Assembly: GCA_963740315.1 (NCBI GenBank)
Contig: CAVUDP010000004.1
Location: 704,001-768,000 of the forward strand
From: an uncultured cyanobacterium
GTDB lineage: Bacteria > Cyanobacteriota > Cyanobacteriia > Cyanobacteriales > Nostocaceae
Length of the DNA: 64,000 nucleotides
Direction of reading: 5' to 3'
The position numbers and the translations under genes were made by a program. Under the pieces are notes generated by a model. That model ran no database searches. It was not told the origin of the DNA and saw nothing but the letters and a program-made list of their open reading frames with translations. This document shows, in pieces, positions 36,563 to 47,121 of the stretch. Each line of letters starts with the position of its first letter. Within the stretch, counting starts at the first letter, position 1.

Positions 36563-38041
36563 ATGAAGAAACGCAGATTATTATTATTTACGGTAATATT
36601 GGCGATCGCAATTATTTTTAGTGACTATCATTCCACTGTTGCTTCTGTCGGTAAAGAAACGCTGACAATGATTACTTCTCCCGATTATCCCCCTTATGAA
36701 TTTTACGAAACTAAAGGAGGCGATCGCAAAATAGTTGGCTTTGATATTGATATCGCTAATTATATTCAGAAGGAATTAAAGTTTAAGCTGGAAATTGCCC
36801 AATCGGATTTTAACGGTTTGATTCCGGCGCTGCAAGCAAATCGTGCTGATTTTGTGATGGCGGGGATGACTCCAACTCCACAACGCCGCGAAAATGTCGA
36901 TTTCTCTATTATTTATTACGAAGCTAAAGATACTATTGTTGCTTCTAAAACTAGTAATTTAACTAAGCCAGAAGATTTATCAGGTAAGATTGTCGGCGTA
37001 CAGTTGGGAACAATTCAAGAACAAAATGCCAAGCAAATTGCCGCAAAAGTTGCGAATATCCAGTTAAAACAACTGAACAAAGTACCGGAAATAGTTCAAG
37101 AAATAAAAGCTGGAAGAATTGATGCGGCGATCGTTGAAGATAATATTGCTTTGGGATTCGTCAAAGCTAATCCAGATTTACAGTTTAATGTTATTCCTTC
37201 AATTGAAAACGCATCGGGTTCGGCTATTGCTTTTCCCAAGGGTTCGCAGTTAGTTAAACCATTTAACGAAGTGCTGCAAAAAATGAAGAATAATGGTGAA
37301 TTGGAAAGGTTGAGTAAAAAGTGGTTTTCTGCTCCAACCAAGGAAGCAATAAGTGCAAATTCACCTCCTGCATCCAAGGGATTAAATTTAGATTTTAGGC
37401 GAATTCTTCCAGATATACCCTTTATTCTCAAAGGTATTCCTTTAACTTTATTATTTACTCTATCATCAGTATTTCTCGGTTTATTTTGGGCAACGGCGCT
37501 ATCTTTTTTCAAGATTTCTGGGATAAAACCGCTGGGCTGGTTTGCAAATGTCTACACTTCTATTTTCCGAGGTACGCCGCTACTTTTACAGCTATCTTTA
37601 GTTTATTTTGCCACGCCTCAGCTAACAGGATACGATATTTCAGCTTTGCAAGCAGGCATACTTACTTTTACTTTAAACTCCGGCGCTTATATGTCGGAAA
37701 CGATTCGCGGTGGAATTCAAGCTGTAGATAAAGGACAATTTGAAGCAGCAATGTCTATGGGTGTGACCTATAGAATGATGATGTGGGATATTATATTACC
37801 CCAAGCTTTGAAAAATATTCTGCCAGCGTTGGTAAATGAAACTATAGGATTGTTGAAAGATTCTTCTTTAGTAGCAACAATTGGTGTTGTTGAAATATTG
37901 CGTAGTGCCCAAATTGTGGGTGCAAACAAATATATTTACTTTGAACCATTGTTGTTTGCCGGGTTGATTTATTACGTTTTAGTGATGGGTTTATCTTTTG
38001 GTGCTTCTGCTTTGGAAAGAAAATTAAGAAGAAGCGATTGA
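36563..38041 (+). CDS. Polar amino acid ABC transporter, fused substrate-binding protein/permease
   Basis: SPDYPPYEF, VGFDIDIA SBP_bac_3 domain; FRGTPLLLQ and AYMSETIRGGIQAVDKGQ permease motifs. Confidence 0.93.
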   Translation: MKKRRLLLFTVILAIAIIFSDYHSTVASVGKETLTMITSPDYPPYEFYETKGGDRKIVGFDIDIANYIQKELKFKLEIAQSDFNGLIPALQANRADFVMAGMTPTPQRRENVDFSIIYYEAKDTIVASKTSNLTKPEDLSGKIVGVQLGTIQEQNAKQIAAKVANIQLKQLNKVPEIVQEIKAGRIDAAIVEDNIALGFVKANPDLQFNVIPSIENASGSAIAFPKGSQLVKPFNEVLQKMKNNGELERLSKKWFSAPTKEAISANSPPASKGLNLDFRRILPDIPFILKGIPLTLLFTLSSVFLGLFWATALSFFKISGIKPLGWFANVYTSIFRGTPLLLQLSLVYFATPQLTGYDISALQAGILTFTLNSGAYMSETIRGGIQAVDKGQFEAAMSMGVTYRMMMWDIILPQALKNILPALVNETIGLLKDSSLVATIGVVEILRSAQIVGANKYIYFEPLLFAGLIYYVLVMGLSFGASALERKLRRSD

Positions 38042-38117
38042 AGTAGCAAGCAGTTACAGTTACCAAATATATAGTAAATATCAACTAACAACTATCAACT
38101 ATCAATTAACAACTAAC

Positions 38118-38852
38118 ATGAATAAACCAATCATCCGTACAGAGTTGTTGTGTAAATCATTTGGTAAACTTGAGGTACTTAAAGATATTTCGACAGAAAT
38201 AGATCGTGGTGAAGTTGTTGCTATTTTAGGTCCTTCTGGTTCCGGTAAATCTACTTTTCTCAGATGCATCAATTTATTAGAAATTCCTACTTTAGGTAAA
38301 GTTTATTTTAATGATGATGAAATTACTCAACAAAAAACCAATATCGCTAACATTCGCCAGCGTTTGGTAATGGTGTTTCAACACTTCAATTTATTTCCTC
38401 ATATGACGGTGCTACAAAATGTTTCTTATGCACCCATAAAGGTAAAAAAATTGGATAAGAAACAAGCACAAATCAAAGGTTTGGAATTACTAGAAAAGGT
38501 TGGTTTAGCAGAAAAAGCAGATGTTTATCCCGCAAAACTATCGGGAGGGCAAAAGCAGCGTGTAGCGATCGCGCGTGCTTTGGCTATGGAACCAGAAATG
38601 ATTTTGTTTGATGAACCCACTTCGGCTTTAGATCCAGAAATGGTGAAAGATGTCTTAGAGGTGATGAAAAGTTTGGCGAATACCGGAATCACGATGGCGA
38701 TAGTAACTCACGAAATGGGTTTTGCTAGAGTTGTGGCGAATCGAATCCTGTTTCTCGATGGAGGAAGTTTGGCAGAAGACGCTTCACCAATGGATTTTTT
38801 CAGCAATCCAAAATGCGATCGCGCTCAACAATTTCTGGAAAAAATGCTTTAG
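38118..38852 (+). CDS. Polar amino acid ABC transporter ATP-binding protein (GlnQ-like)
   Basis: GPSGSGKST, LSGGQKQRVAIARAL, FDEPTSALDPE. Confidence 0.95.
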   Translation: MNKPIIRTELLCKSFGKLEVLKDISTEIDRGEVVAILGPSGSGKSTFLRCINLLEIPTLGKVYFNDDEITQQKTNIANIRQRLVMVFQHFNLFPHMTVLQNVSYAPIKVKKLDKKQAQIKGLELLEKVGLAEKADVYPAKLSGGQKQRVAIARALAMEPEMILFDEPTSALDPEMVKDVLEVMKSLANTGITMAIVTHEMGFARVVANRILFLDGGSLAEDASPMDFFSNPKCDRAQQFLEKML

Positions 38853-38939
38853 ATTAACTGCCTGCTTAAATCCAAAATCAATACGTAACTTTTATCTTTT
38901 GGTAATATATACTTCATAGTTCATAAGTATAATTAGTTA

Positions 38940-39016
38940 TAGACAGCACAAAACAACATTCCTCACATCACACACAAAGCTCTCTTTCCTTAAACAGGTT
39001 GGAGAGCTTTTCTTTT
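38940..39016 (+). ncRNA. Candidate Yfr1-like small RNA
   Basis: TATAAT at 38928-38933; ATTCCTCACATCACAC motif at 38958-38973; terminator hairpin AAAGCTCTC...GAGAGCTTT plus T-rich tail. Confidence 0.45.
38976..39016. terminator. Intrinsic terminator hairpin (possibly bidirectional)
   Basis: AAAGCTCTC / GAGAGCTTT inverted repeat followed by TCTTTT, between convergent genes. Confidence 0.7.
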
Positions 39017-39050
39017 AATTGGCTATAATGACGATATTTTTATCGCAATA

Positions 39051-39911
39051 TCACGGATTGCAATACATACATTGAGACGGGTTAGCATATTCGCCGTTGG
39101 GGAATAATTTCTCTTTCCTGAACCCACATTTTTGACATTTATAAATCGTAGCCTTAGTTAAGATAGTTGGGCTATTGCACCATTCACAAGGTAATCCTGG
39201 GATTCGTTGAATAATATCAAAACCTGGTGTTGAACATTTTGGACAAAAGCTGTTAAGTTTTTCTAAAAGGTTGTAAGTTGCTTTTTCTATATTTTTCATT
39301 CGCGTTGGATTGTACATGGCTCGCATATCAGTTTCGAGATGTACTTCACCATTTGGTGATTTTGTCAAACTATAATTTATCGCTTCAATCAATTCTTTTT
39401 CTGTCGTAATTCCTTTAATTATCTCATCGCTATTTTTTGGGCGATCGTTCAACATTACAATCAAACCATGTTCGGGAAAGCCGATTTTTTTGGCAAATTC
39501 AAATGCTTGTTCTATATCCCTAACTTTTATACAATCGTGATTAGTATCAGTCGATAATTCTTCTCCAATAATTTCTAAATTATTTTCTCTATCTAGAAGA
39601 ATTACAATTTCCCGATTGCAGGAAATATAAGGTAAAGAAGGGTGAGGAGCAAAACTACCTTCGCTAGCAATCCCCAAAGTTTCACCAGTTAATAAAAGTG
39701 CTTGCTCTGCTTTTAATCTTGCAGCTTCTATTTGACTACCGCAGCGCTCTATTTCTCTTGTAAAAGAGCCAAATCTGTCTGTATCAATTTGCGGTACTTT
39801 TACCTTAACACCTAATTCTTTTTCTAAAAGTGGAGCGATGACTCTCTCCTTTTTATGCATACTCGCGAGTACAGCAACTCGGTTGTTAAATATCTGACTA
39901 TCCACAAACAT
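39051..39911 (-). CDS. DUF6671-like protein with C-terminal Cys-pair zinc ribbons
   Basis: MHKKERVIAP, IASEGSF.PHP, ETDMRAMYNPTRM, CPKC, CEWC, CQKC, CMYCNP. Confidence 0.8.
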   Translation of the reverse strand: MFVDSQIFNNRVAVLASMHKKERVIAPLLEKELGVKVKVPQIDTDRFGSFTREIERCGSQIEAARLKAEQALLLTGETLGIASEGSFAPHPSLPYISCNREIVILLDRENNLEIIGEELSTDTNHDCIKVRDIEQAFEFAKKIGFPEHGLIVMLNDRPKNSDEIIKGITTEKELIEAINYSLTKSPNGEVHLETDMRAMYNPTRMKNIEKATYNLLEKLNSFCPKCSTPGFDIIQRIPGLPCEWCNSPTILTKATIYKCQKCGFRKEKLFPNGEYANPSQCMYCNP

Positions 39912-39975
39912 AGTTTATTGAGTCAATTATAAATCAATATGGTGTGCCATCATTTATCAATGCACCCTCCTTTAA

Positions 39976-40458
39976 TTATGCATTTAACGAGAGCAAAGGA
40001 ATACTTTTAGCCAAAAAATCGTTAACAGTGATATCTTGCTTTTGTGCCCAATATTGACTCAAAAAGTGAATTTGTCTTAAACCAACAATTAAATTCAACC
40101 CCGGTAAAAACATCCACCAAACTACCAACGGTTCTTTCATCCCTGCATCGCGGTAAAGTTTATTCACCGTTTTATACAAGTGAAACTGGACAATATAAAT
40201 CCAGACAATACCCAAAAGCGAAAACCAACCAAACCATCCCGGAACATCGGGATCGAAAATTCTTAAAATTTGAGGAACTGCTACACCTAATACAAAAGGT
40301 GCTAAACATAGCATTCCAGACCAGCCGTAGCCATTGTAGCGTTTTAATTCTTCTTGAATAATATATTTATACCAGCCATAGTAGAGCATTCCCGTAACTA
40401 CAGATAAAAAAATTACTCGCCATAAAGGACGGGGTTTACCTAAATTTTCCTCAGACAT
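39976..40458 (-). CDS. Membrane hypothetical protein (DUF4234-like)
   Basis: RPLWRVIFLSVVTGMLYYGWYKY and several TM segments. Confidence 0.7.
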   Translation of the reverse strand: MSEENLGKPRPLWRVIFLSVVTGMLYYGWYKYIIQEELKRYNGYGWSGMLCLAPFVLGVAVPQILRIFDPDVPGWFGWFSLLGIVWIYIVQFHLYKTVNKLYRDAGMKEPLVVWWMFLPGLNLIVGLRQIHFLSQYWAQKQDITVNDFLAKSIPLLSLNA

Positions 40459-40529
40459 ATTGATAAATCGGATATCAAATTTGACTTGTTAATATTACTT
40501 AATTTAACTGAAAACCGCTATATAGCTCA

Positions 40530-40553
40530 AGCGAGCAAGATGCTCGCACTACT
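40530..40553. repeat. Single arm of the GTAGTGCGAGC-family REP
   Basis: AGCGAGCAAGATGCTCGCACTACT, identical to 7919-7942. Confidence 0.88.
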
Positions 40554-40672
40554 CAGAGATTGGGAACAAAAAGTTGTATGAATAAAAAATGCGAAAACTT
40601 GATTAAAGTCAACAGTCTAGTCACACACCCTACAAAAAAAATGTGCCAGTTGCCTAAGTTTTAATAAAAATA

Positions 40673-41017
40673 TTAAGCTTCTCCTAACAAGGAATTAAAC
40701 TCTGACTTTAACGCTTTCATATCCGCTACCCTTGCAACTAATATATTGTCGTTACCAGCATCTGTTAAACGGGATTTCCAATAACTAATGCTGTCGGAAT
40801 TATTCATCCAAAATTTAATTACGGTATCAACCACTTCATCCATATTCCAACCCCATTTTGAGGGAACTGGTTCGACTGTTTCAAGAAATGCATCTAAGGT
40901 ACATTTATGGCTAACCAAGTACTCCACACCTTGGCTGTGGGAGTTTTCCTGATGCTGCTGATGGGTAAAAAAGTGCAATATTGGAGATACACCTACAATA
41001 TCGAAAGTATATTTCAT
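40673..41017 (-). CDS. Conserved cyanobacterial hypothetical protein
   Basis: MKYTFDIVGVSPILHFF...CTLDAFL...LVARVAD, preceded by an AGGAG RBS. Confidence 0.75.
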   Translation of the reverse strand: MKYTFDIVGVSPILHFFTHQQHQENSHSQGVEYLVSHKCTLDAFLETVEPVPSKWGWNMDEVVDTVIKFWMNNSDSISYWKSRLTDAGNDNILVARVADMKALKSEFNSLLGEA

Positions 41018-41292
41018 CCCAATTCTCCTTGTAAACAAACTTTTGATTTTAACGGAAAAATTTTTAAATTCAGTTTAGAAAAACTAGCAATAAATCCTCA
41101 GAGAGTGCTAATATTACTTCCGTACAAAGTTAGCAGTTAATAATTAAGAGTGCTAATATTTGTATTGCGAAAAATTAGCAGACAGCTTCATAGAGAGAAG
41201 AATATTTATAACGCTATTTATATTAAAATATTAAATAATTTCACTAATTGAAAAGGGTAAGTAACTCTTTTTAATATTTCTTAATATTTGTA

Positions 41293-42192
41293 ATGACAGA
41301 TTTTCTAGGAGAAATCGCGGCTTTGTTTGCTGCTTGTTTATGGGCAGTAGCGTCTGTAGTCTATGGTAAATTGGGTGCGCGTATTCCGCCTTTACAGCTA
41401 AATCTGATTAAAGGAATAATTGCGATCGCGCTTTTTGTCTTCACTATTGTGATAAGGGGCGAAATATTTCCTTCGATCGCAGCTTTACCAATGTGTCTGT
41501 TACTGATAAGTGGTGCGATCGGTATTGGTTTGGGCGATACTGTATTCTTTACCACTATAAATAGTTTGGGGGCGCGGCGGGCATTACTGATGCAAACTCT
41601 GACTGCGCCAATTACGGCAGTTTTAGGGCTGATTTTTCTTCAGGAAAAGTTAAATATTTTATCTTGGTGCGGTATTTTACTAACAATATTTGGTGTGGCT
41701 TGGGTTGTTAGCGAGCGTACTACCGAACTCAAGCATATTTCAACGGCAGAATTCCGACGCGGTATAGGTTTCGGCTTGTTAACGGCGATAGCTGGCGCAA
41801 TTGGAGCTGTACTTTCACGTAGTGCTTTCGCCGTCAATACCGAGATTAATCCTTTATGGGCAGCTTTGTTGAGGTTGAGTGCTGGGATATTAATTCTACT
41901 GATATGGGGATTATGCAGACAGCAAAATAGTTTTCGTCTGAGCAACTTACGAGATTCGCGAATAATTTTAGGAACACTTTTTGCGGCTTTTTGCGGAACT
42001 TATCTAGGAATTTGGCTGCAACAAACGGCAATTAAATTTACATCCGTGGGAATTGCTTCCACCCTTTTACAAACTAGCCCGATTTTTGTCATACCCTTTG
42101 CGATTTGGATGAAAGAAAAAGTTAGTATTCGAGCAATTTTAGGTGTTTTCATTTCCATGACTGGAATTGGATTACTGTTTTATCTCAAATGA
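41293..42192 (+). CDS. DMT/EamA family transporter
   Basis: About ten TM helices in two EamA repeats (FLQEKL, WMKEKVS). Confidence 0.9.
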   Translation: MTDFLGEIAALFAACLWAVASVVYGKLGARIPPLQLNLIKGIIAIALFVFTIVIRGEIFPSIAALPMCLLLISGAIGIGLGDTVFFTTINSLGARRALLMQTLTAPITAVLGLIFLQEKLNILSWCGILLTIFGVAWVVSERTTELKHISTAEFRRGIGFGLLTAIAGAIGAVLSRSAFAVNTEINPLWAALLRLSAGILILLIWGLCRQQNSFRLSNLRDSRIILGTLFAAFCGTYLGIWLQQTAIKFTSVGIASTLLQTSPIFVIPFAIWMKEKVSIRAILGVFISMTGIGLLFYLK

Positions 42193-42195
42193 GGT

Positions 42196-43095
42196 TTACC
42201 AAAAATGTTCTTTCCAAAAAACACATTCTTTTTGTTTAGGGGAAAGATGTTTACTTAATTGTTGTAAATCTTCATTACTAAGGAAAGACGCGCCGTAATG
42301 ATTATGCACTATCGGTTTTCTAGAAGTGTAGTCAAAAAATATTGCGTACCTATCTGAAGATATCGGTATTTTACCTCGATGAAATATACCACCTGTGGCA
42401 GCTAAAATAACTGTTCCAGCAATCCCCGTACAAGTTTTAAAATTTGATGGAGATATTACCTTTTCCATGATTTTATCTTGAATGTAACCATGATTGTATT
42501 TTAAAGAAGAAACTAATTTAGAAGTAAAAGACTGAGGAATATATTCAAATGGCCCGTTGTTATTGTCTACATCATGAAGATAAATTACAACTTTTAAAAC
42601 TTTTGTATCTTCAGGATCTATATGCCATAGTCTTGATTTTATTTGAATTGGGTTAACAGTATCCCTACGAAAATATGCTCCATGATAAGCCACTGGTAAG
42701 CCAATATAGTTCTCAATTATATTGATTAAACGTTGTTCTAAACCCCAAAGAAAAATTTCTTGATGTTCTAAAATTTGTTGTGGAGTTGCATGAACTACAA
42801 ATTCATTCTTATGATCGGAAATGGTTCGCGGTATTTTTGACATCAAGCTTTTAGCTGCTTGAAGCACGATCTCAGTAGAAGGAATCGATAGCGCTTCTAA
42901 CGAAGTCATTGCGACACCTTCAGTTTTCAACTCATCAATCAAATCTTGCTCGTAATCCGAAATAACGGGTAAATTATCAAAGTGTTTTTTCCGTGCTGCT
43001 TGATAATTAAGTTCAGCTTGTGTACATAAAAACGGAAGTTGACGAGTATTGAGCGAGACTTCGTTCCGAATTTTGTAGGCAATTCTTTTATACAT
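42196..43095 (-). CDS. 2OG-Fe(II)/PhyH-like dioxygenase
   Basis: LWHIDPED (HxD), NGPFEYIP, distal FHRG His. Confidence 0.75.
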   Translation of the reverse strand: MYKRIAYKIRNEVSLNTRQLPFLCTQAELNYQAARKKHFDNLPVISDYEQDLIDELKTEGVAMTSLEALSIPSTEIVLQAAKSLMSKIPRTISDHKNEFVVHATPQQILEHQEIFLWGLEQRLINIIENYIGLPVAYHGAYFRRDTVNPIQIKSRLWHIDPEDTKVLKVVIYLHDVDNNNGPFEYIPQSFTSKLVSSLKYNHGYIQDKIMEKVISPSNFKTCTGIAGTVILAATGGIFHRGKIPISSDRYAIFFDYTSRKPIVHNHYGASFLSNEDLQQLSKHLSPKQKECVFWKEHFW

Positions 43096-43715
43096 GATTT
43101 TATTGGGAATTTGGCACTGAACTAACGTAAACCATTATGCAAATTTATGTGTATAAAATTTTATGAGTGAAATCTAATATACAATCACATATTTTTTCAA
43201 ACATAAACTAAACTAGACTTTAAATTTGCAGAAAATTTACTTTTGGAACAGATTGCTTAATATTGGCTTTATATAGTGTTTTAAAAAGAGTTATCTCCCT
43301 TCTACCCAGCCATGCTTCTAAAATAAAAACATAAGTAGTGTTTTTAATATTACATTTGATTTAAGTTTTTATACTAACATAAAATAGCTCGGTGATTTAC
43401 GAAAATTTTCAAGGTAAATGTAAGCTATATTACAAATATATAGCCAATTTTACTGTGAATGAACTTTATATTTATTTAAGAATTACTTAAAAAAATTGCG
43501 ATCGCGACTCAGAAAAGCCAAGGAAGACGTTTCAGAAGAGTGCGATCGCATACAATAGCCCAATTACATATTTTTATCTAAACTCTATTTTTTCAGCAAG
43601 CCATAATTAGCTTTACCCAAAAAATAAGTTTGCCCGCACAAGCTAAATCAGCCGTATCTTTATACAGAAGCGGTATAAGTATAAATAATCAAAATTTTGC
43701 TTTATACGTAGGTAT

Positions 43716-44930
43716 TTATGCTATTAAACGTTTATCGGTAAGCAACAATTCTTCAAATTTCGCAACTGGTAAAGGATGAGTTAATAAAAAACCTTGGGTT
43801 CGATCGCATTTATGTGCGCGAATAACATCTAATTCGGCTTTAGTTTCAACACCTTCAGCAACTACTTGTAATTTAAGATTATGAGCCATTTCAATAATGC
43901 CCTTAGTAATTGCTGATTTTTGTTTATCTTTGTCGATATTGTGGACAAAGTAATGGTCTATTTTTAAAGTATTGATTGGTAACTGCTTTAAATAAATTAA
44001 AGAGGAACGCCCCGTACCAAAATCATCAATAGCAAGTCTTAAACCGTGTGATTTTAATTCCTGCATTCTGTTAACTGCTGTATTCACATCTTGCTCGATC
44101 GTTCCTTCTATAAATTCCAATTCTAAAGAAGAAGGATGCAAACTATTTTCTGTCAATGACTCAAGTATTTTTGAAACAAAATCTGGCTGAATTAATTGAT
44201 TAATTGAAATATTAATTGTGGAATAGAAATCTTTGTAACCAGCATCTTGCCATATTTTAGTTTGATTGCAGACATTTTTAATTAACCATTCTCCAATTGG
44301 AATAATTAAACCTGTCGATTCAGCTAAAGGAATTAGTTCGGCGGGATAAATCAAACCTAATTCTGAACTTTGCCAGCGGACTAAACTTTCAGCAGCAACT
44401 ATTTTACCGGAATGAGTCTCTACAATCGGTTGATAATGTACATGAAATTCTTTTAAATTTCTTTTAGCTAGAGTTCTAAGTAAGCAATTTTTTAAAATCT
44501 GAAGTTCTGGTAAAAACCTAGCAGTGTTTTTATCTACTTTAGATATATATTTTAACGAATTTGTTTGCTTTTCCAAGCGACTCGCGATCGCACTTAATAG
44601 TTCAGAACGAGTAAATGGCTTGGTAAGATAGTCATCAGCACCCAAATCCATACCTTTACGTAGATCGGCTTTAGCAGTTCTAGCTGTCAGAAAAATAAAT
44701 GGAATAGTTGCTGTTGATGCTTGTATATTCAATTTTTGTAAAACTTCATAACCATCCATATTTGGCATCATTAAGTCGCACAAAATCAAGTCTGGAACTT
44801 CAGATACAGCTAACTCTACTCCAATTTTTCCGTTAGCGGCTGCAAGTGTTTCAAAGCTTTCGGCTTCTAACAAATCTAAAAGATTCTCGCGTACTGATTG
44901 TTCATCTTCAATTACTAATATTTTAGTCAT
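43716..44930 (-). CDS. Response regulator with EAL (c-di-GMP phosphodiesterase) domain
   Basis: Receiver LCDLMMP; HYQP, AAESLVRW, IDDFGTG, LKID, AEGVET. Confidence 0.92.
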   Translation of the reverse strand: MTKILVIEDEQSVRENLLDLLEAESFETLAAANGKIGVELAVSEVPDLILCDLMMPNMDGYEVLQKLNIQASTATIPFIFLTARTAKADLRKGMDLGADDYLTKPFTRSELLSAIASRLEKQTNSLKYISKVDKNTARFLPELQILKNCLLRTLAKRNLKEFHVHYQPIVETHSGKIVAAESLVRWQSSELGLIYPAELIPLAESTGLIIPIGEWLIKNVCNQTKIWQDAGYKDFYSTINISINQLIQPDFVSKILESLTENSLHPSSLELEFIEGTIEQDVNTAVNRMQELKSHGLRLAIDDFGTGRSSLIYLKQLPINTLKIDHYFVHNIDKDKQKSAITKGIIEMAHNLKLQVVAEGVETKAELDVIRAHKCDRTQGFLLTHPLPVAKFEELLLTDKRLIA

Positions 44931-45147
44931 AATCTTAGAAATGGTAGTGTTTGATTGCTTGATAACTGAATATAAAAAGTTAATATCTTCTTAGTTAAAC
45001 GTCTATATTCCAAATAGTTCATCTTGATTTCTATTGCAATGCAAAATTTTGATTATTGCCATAGTATTTTCACGGGAAAATATCAATTTATATTTTCTTA
45101 GACAATCGGATTAAATAATATCTGTAATTTAACTTTAGATTAACTTG

Positions 45148-46881
45148 TTACTTATTACAGCAACTGCCTAACGGAATTATAATCGTAAACTTTGTACCTA
45201 CTCCAACTTCGGTTGTGACGTTAATTTCACCTTGGAGCATATCTACGCACTTTTTGACAATCGATAATCCCAATCCAGTCCCTTGAATATTCTCTACATT
45301 GTTACATCTATGAAAAGAATCGAACAAGGATGGTAAATCTTCTGAAGGGATTCCTATACCTTCATCTTCAATTTCAAACATTGCTCTTCCTTGTTGACAA
45401 GAAAGGGTAAAGTTCACCGTAGTTCCAGGTTTTGAATATTTAATTGCATTTGAAAGTAAATTATTCAAAATATGTCTTAGCATTTTTTCATCAATTGTCC
45501 CGACTAATCTAGTCTCATTATTAATAAAATTAATATTTATATCTGTTTTTATATCTGTATTTATATCTGATAGATTTATTGCATTTAACATTTGATTAAT
45601 TTGCACGTCTTCTATTACTTCTCTACTATATTCAACTAAATCTAAAAGACTTGGATTACAATCAATTTTTTCTGCTTCCGCCTTACCGAAAAATAACACA
45701 TCATTCAATAAATTAGTCATGTGTTGAACCGCTCTTTTAATTCTAGTAAAATGCTTCAGTTTTTTTTCTTCTTCCCATTTATGCTGGTAGTTTTCCAATA
45801 ACTCTGATGAAGAAAGGATAGTACTTAAAGGCGTGCGGAATTCATGAGAAGTCATAGAAATAAAATTATTTTTAAGCTTGTTCAGTTCTTTTTCTTTCTC
45901 TAAAGCCTGTTTTAAATCTTCTTCATGTTGTTTGCTTTCATTAACTTTTAAACGTAAAGTTTGTTGCGCTTTTACTTCTTCGGTAAGATTAGTATGATAA
46001 ATACTCATCATACCAATAATTTTTCCTGCAAGGTCTTTTACCGGATAAGTACGTGTATTAATGTAAAATATATCGCCGCGATCGGATTTAATTTCTAGTT
46101 CATTACACCAAAATTTTCCTTCTTTTATACTTGCTAATAATTGTTGATATTTTTCTAAATTTTTCCATAGAAATGATAATCCTCCCAATTCATTTAATTC
46201 TTCAAGAGTATAGTTAAATCTTTTAGTAAAGCTTGTATTTAGATAAATTATATTACCTGTTAAATTTGTAATAATAATAGCTTCGCTATTAGTTTCTACA
46301 GCTTGTTGAACGTATAATAAAGTTTCTAAATCTTCAATTTTACTAGTTTGTTCCGATTGTAAAATTTCTGAGATTTTTTTTTGATTTTTATCGCTGATAT
46401 GTTCTGCTTTCGTTATTCTTAACTGATATTCCTCTAGTAAAAAAGGAGTAATATTTTCAGGTGCAATATAACCGACTAATTGACCTTTTTCATCTTCAAT
46501 TAGTAGAGGCACTTTGAATTCAGTTAAAATATCTAAGATTAATTTTATATTTTCAAGGTCAAAAGTTTTAAGCTTAATTGCCGAAGTTGTCATAACTTCA
46601 GTAATTTGACTGCTTTTTAAATTAATTTCCGACTCTACAACCCTTAAAACATCTTGCCACGAAAACAACCCCACAACTCGCCTATTTTCCACTACCAAAA
46701 CCCGTTGTGCTGGTGGTTGATATTTATTCATCAATGCGATGGTATCCCAAACTGTTGTTTCCGGAGCTACAGTCGGTGGAGCATAGTCAATTAACTGTTC
46801 TAAAAGTGGTAATGAAGAAACACGAAAGGTAGTTTGCATAAATCTTGATAAAACAGTAGTTTTGATAAAATCCCTTTTCAT
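45148..46881 (-). CDS. Sensor histidine kinase (CBS pair, PAS, HisKA, HATPase)
   Basis: SHEFRTPL, NLLSNAIKYS, DEGIGIP, GTGLGL; N-terminal CBS-like and PAS segments. Start is uncertain (46896, 46881 or 46839). Confidence 0.9.
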   Translation of the reverse strand: MKRDFIKTTVLSRFMQTTFRVSSLPLLEQLIDYAPPTVAPETTVWDTIALMNKYQPPAQRVLVVENRRVVGLFSWQDVLRVVESEINLKSSQITEVMTTSAIKLKTFDLENIKLILDILTEFKVPLLIEDEKGQLVGYIAPENITPFLLEEYQLRITKAEHISDKNQKKISEILQSEQTSKIEDLETLLYVQQAVETNSEAIIITNLTGNIIYLNTSFTKRFNYTLEELNELGGLSFLWKNLEKYQQLLASIKEGKFWCNELEIKSDRGDIFYINTRTYPVKDLAGKIIGMMSIYHTNLTEEVKAQQTLRLKVNESKQHEEDLKQALEKEKELNKLKNNFISMTSHEFRTPLSTILSSSELLENYQHKWEEEKKLKHFTRIKRAVQHMTNLLNDVLFFGKAEAEKIDCNPSLLDLVEYSREVIEDVQINQMLNAINLSDINTDIKTDININFINNETRLVGTIDEKMLRHILNNLLSNAIKYSKPGTTVNFTLSCQQGRAMFEIEDEGIGIPSEDLPSLFDSFHRCNNVENIQGTGLGLSIVKKCVDMLQGEINVTTEVGVGTKFTIIIPLGSCCNK

Positions 46882-47025
46882 ATTCTTATCTTTCAAAGGT
46901 AATAATAACTGGAGTATAAATACTGAAATATCTGTTGCAGGTAAATAGAGTAGTGGATTGTCAAGCTAGAAAGGCGATCGCAAATGTTTAACTGTTTATC
47001 CGAACTTAATCAAAAGTAATGCCAT

Positions 47026-47071
47026 AAAAAACCGCAACCATTGCAAGAATCGCTTACATCATGGTTGCGGT
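47026..47071 (-). terminator. Intrinsic terminator after the cyclophilin gene
   Basis: ACCGCAACCAT / ATGGTTGCGGT stem, with a T run on the minus strand. Confidence 0.65.
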
Positions 47072-47121
47072 AAAAGTTATTCGGTTACGAAAACTGTAAC
47101 GAAGTCTTCAAAACTACTTAT

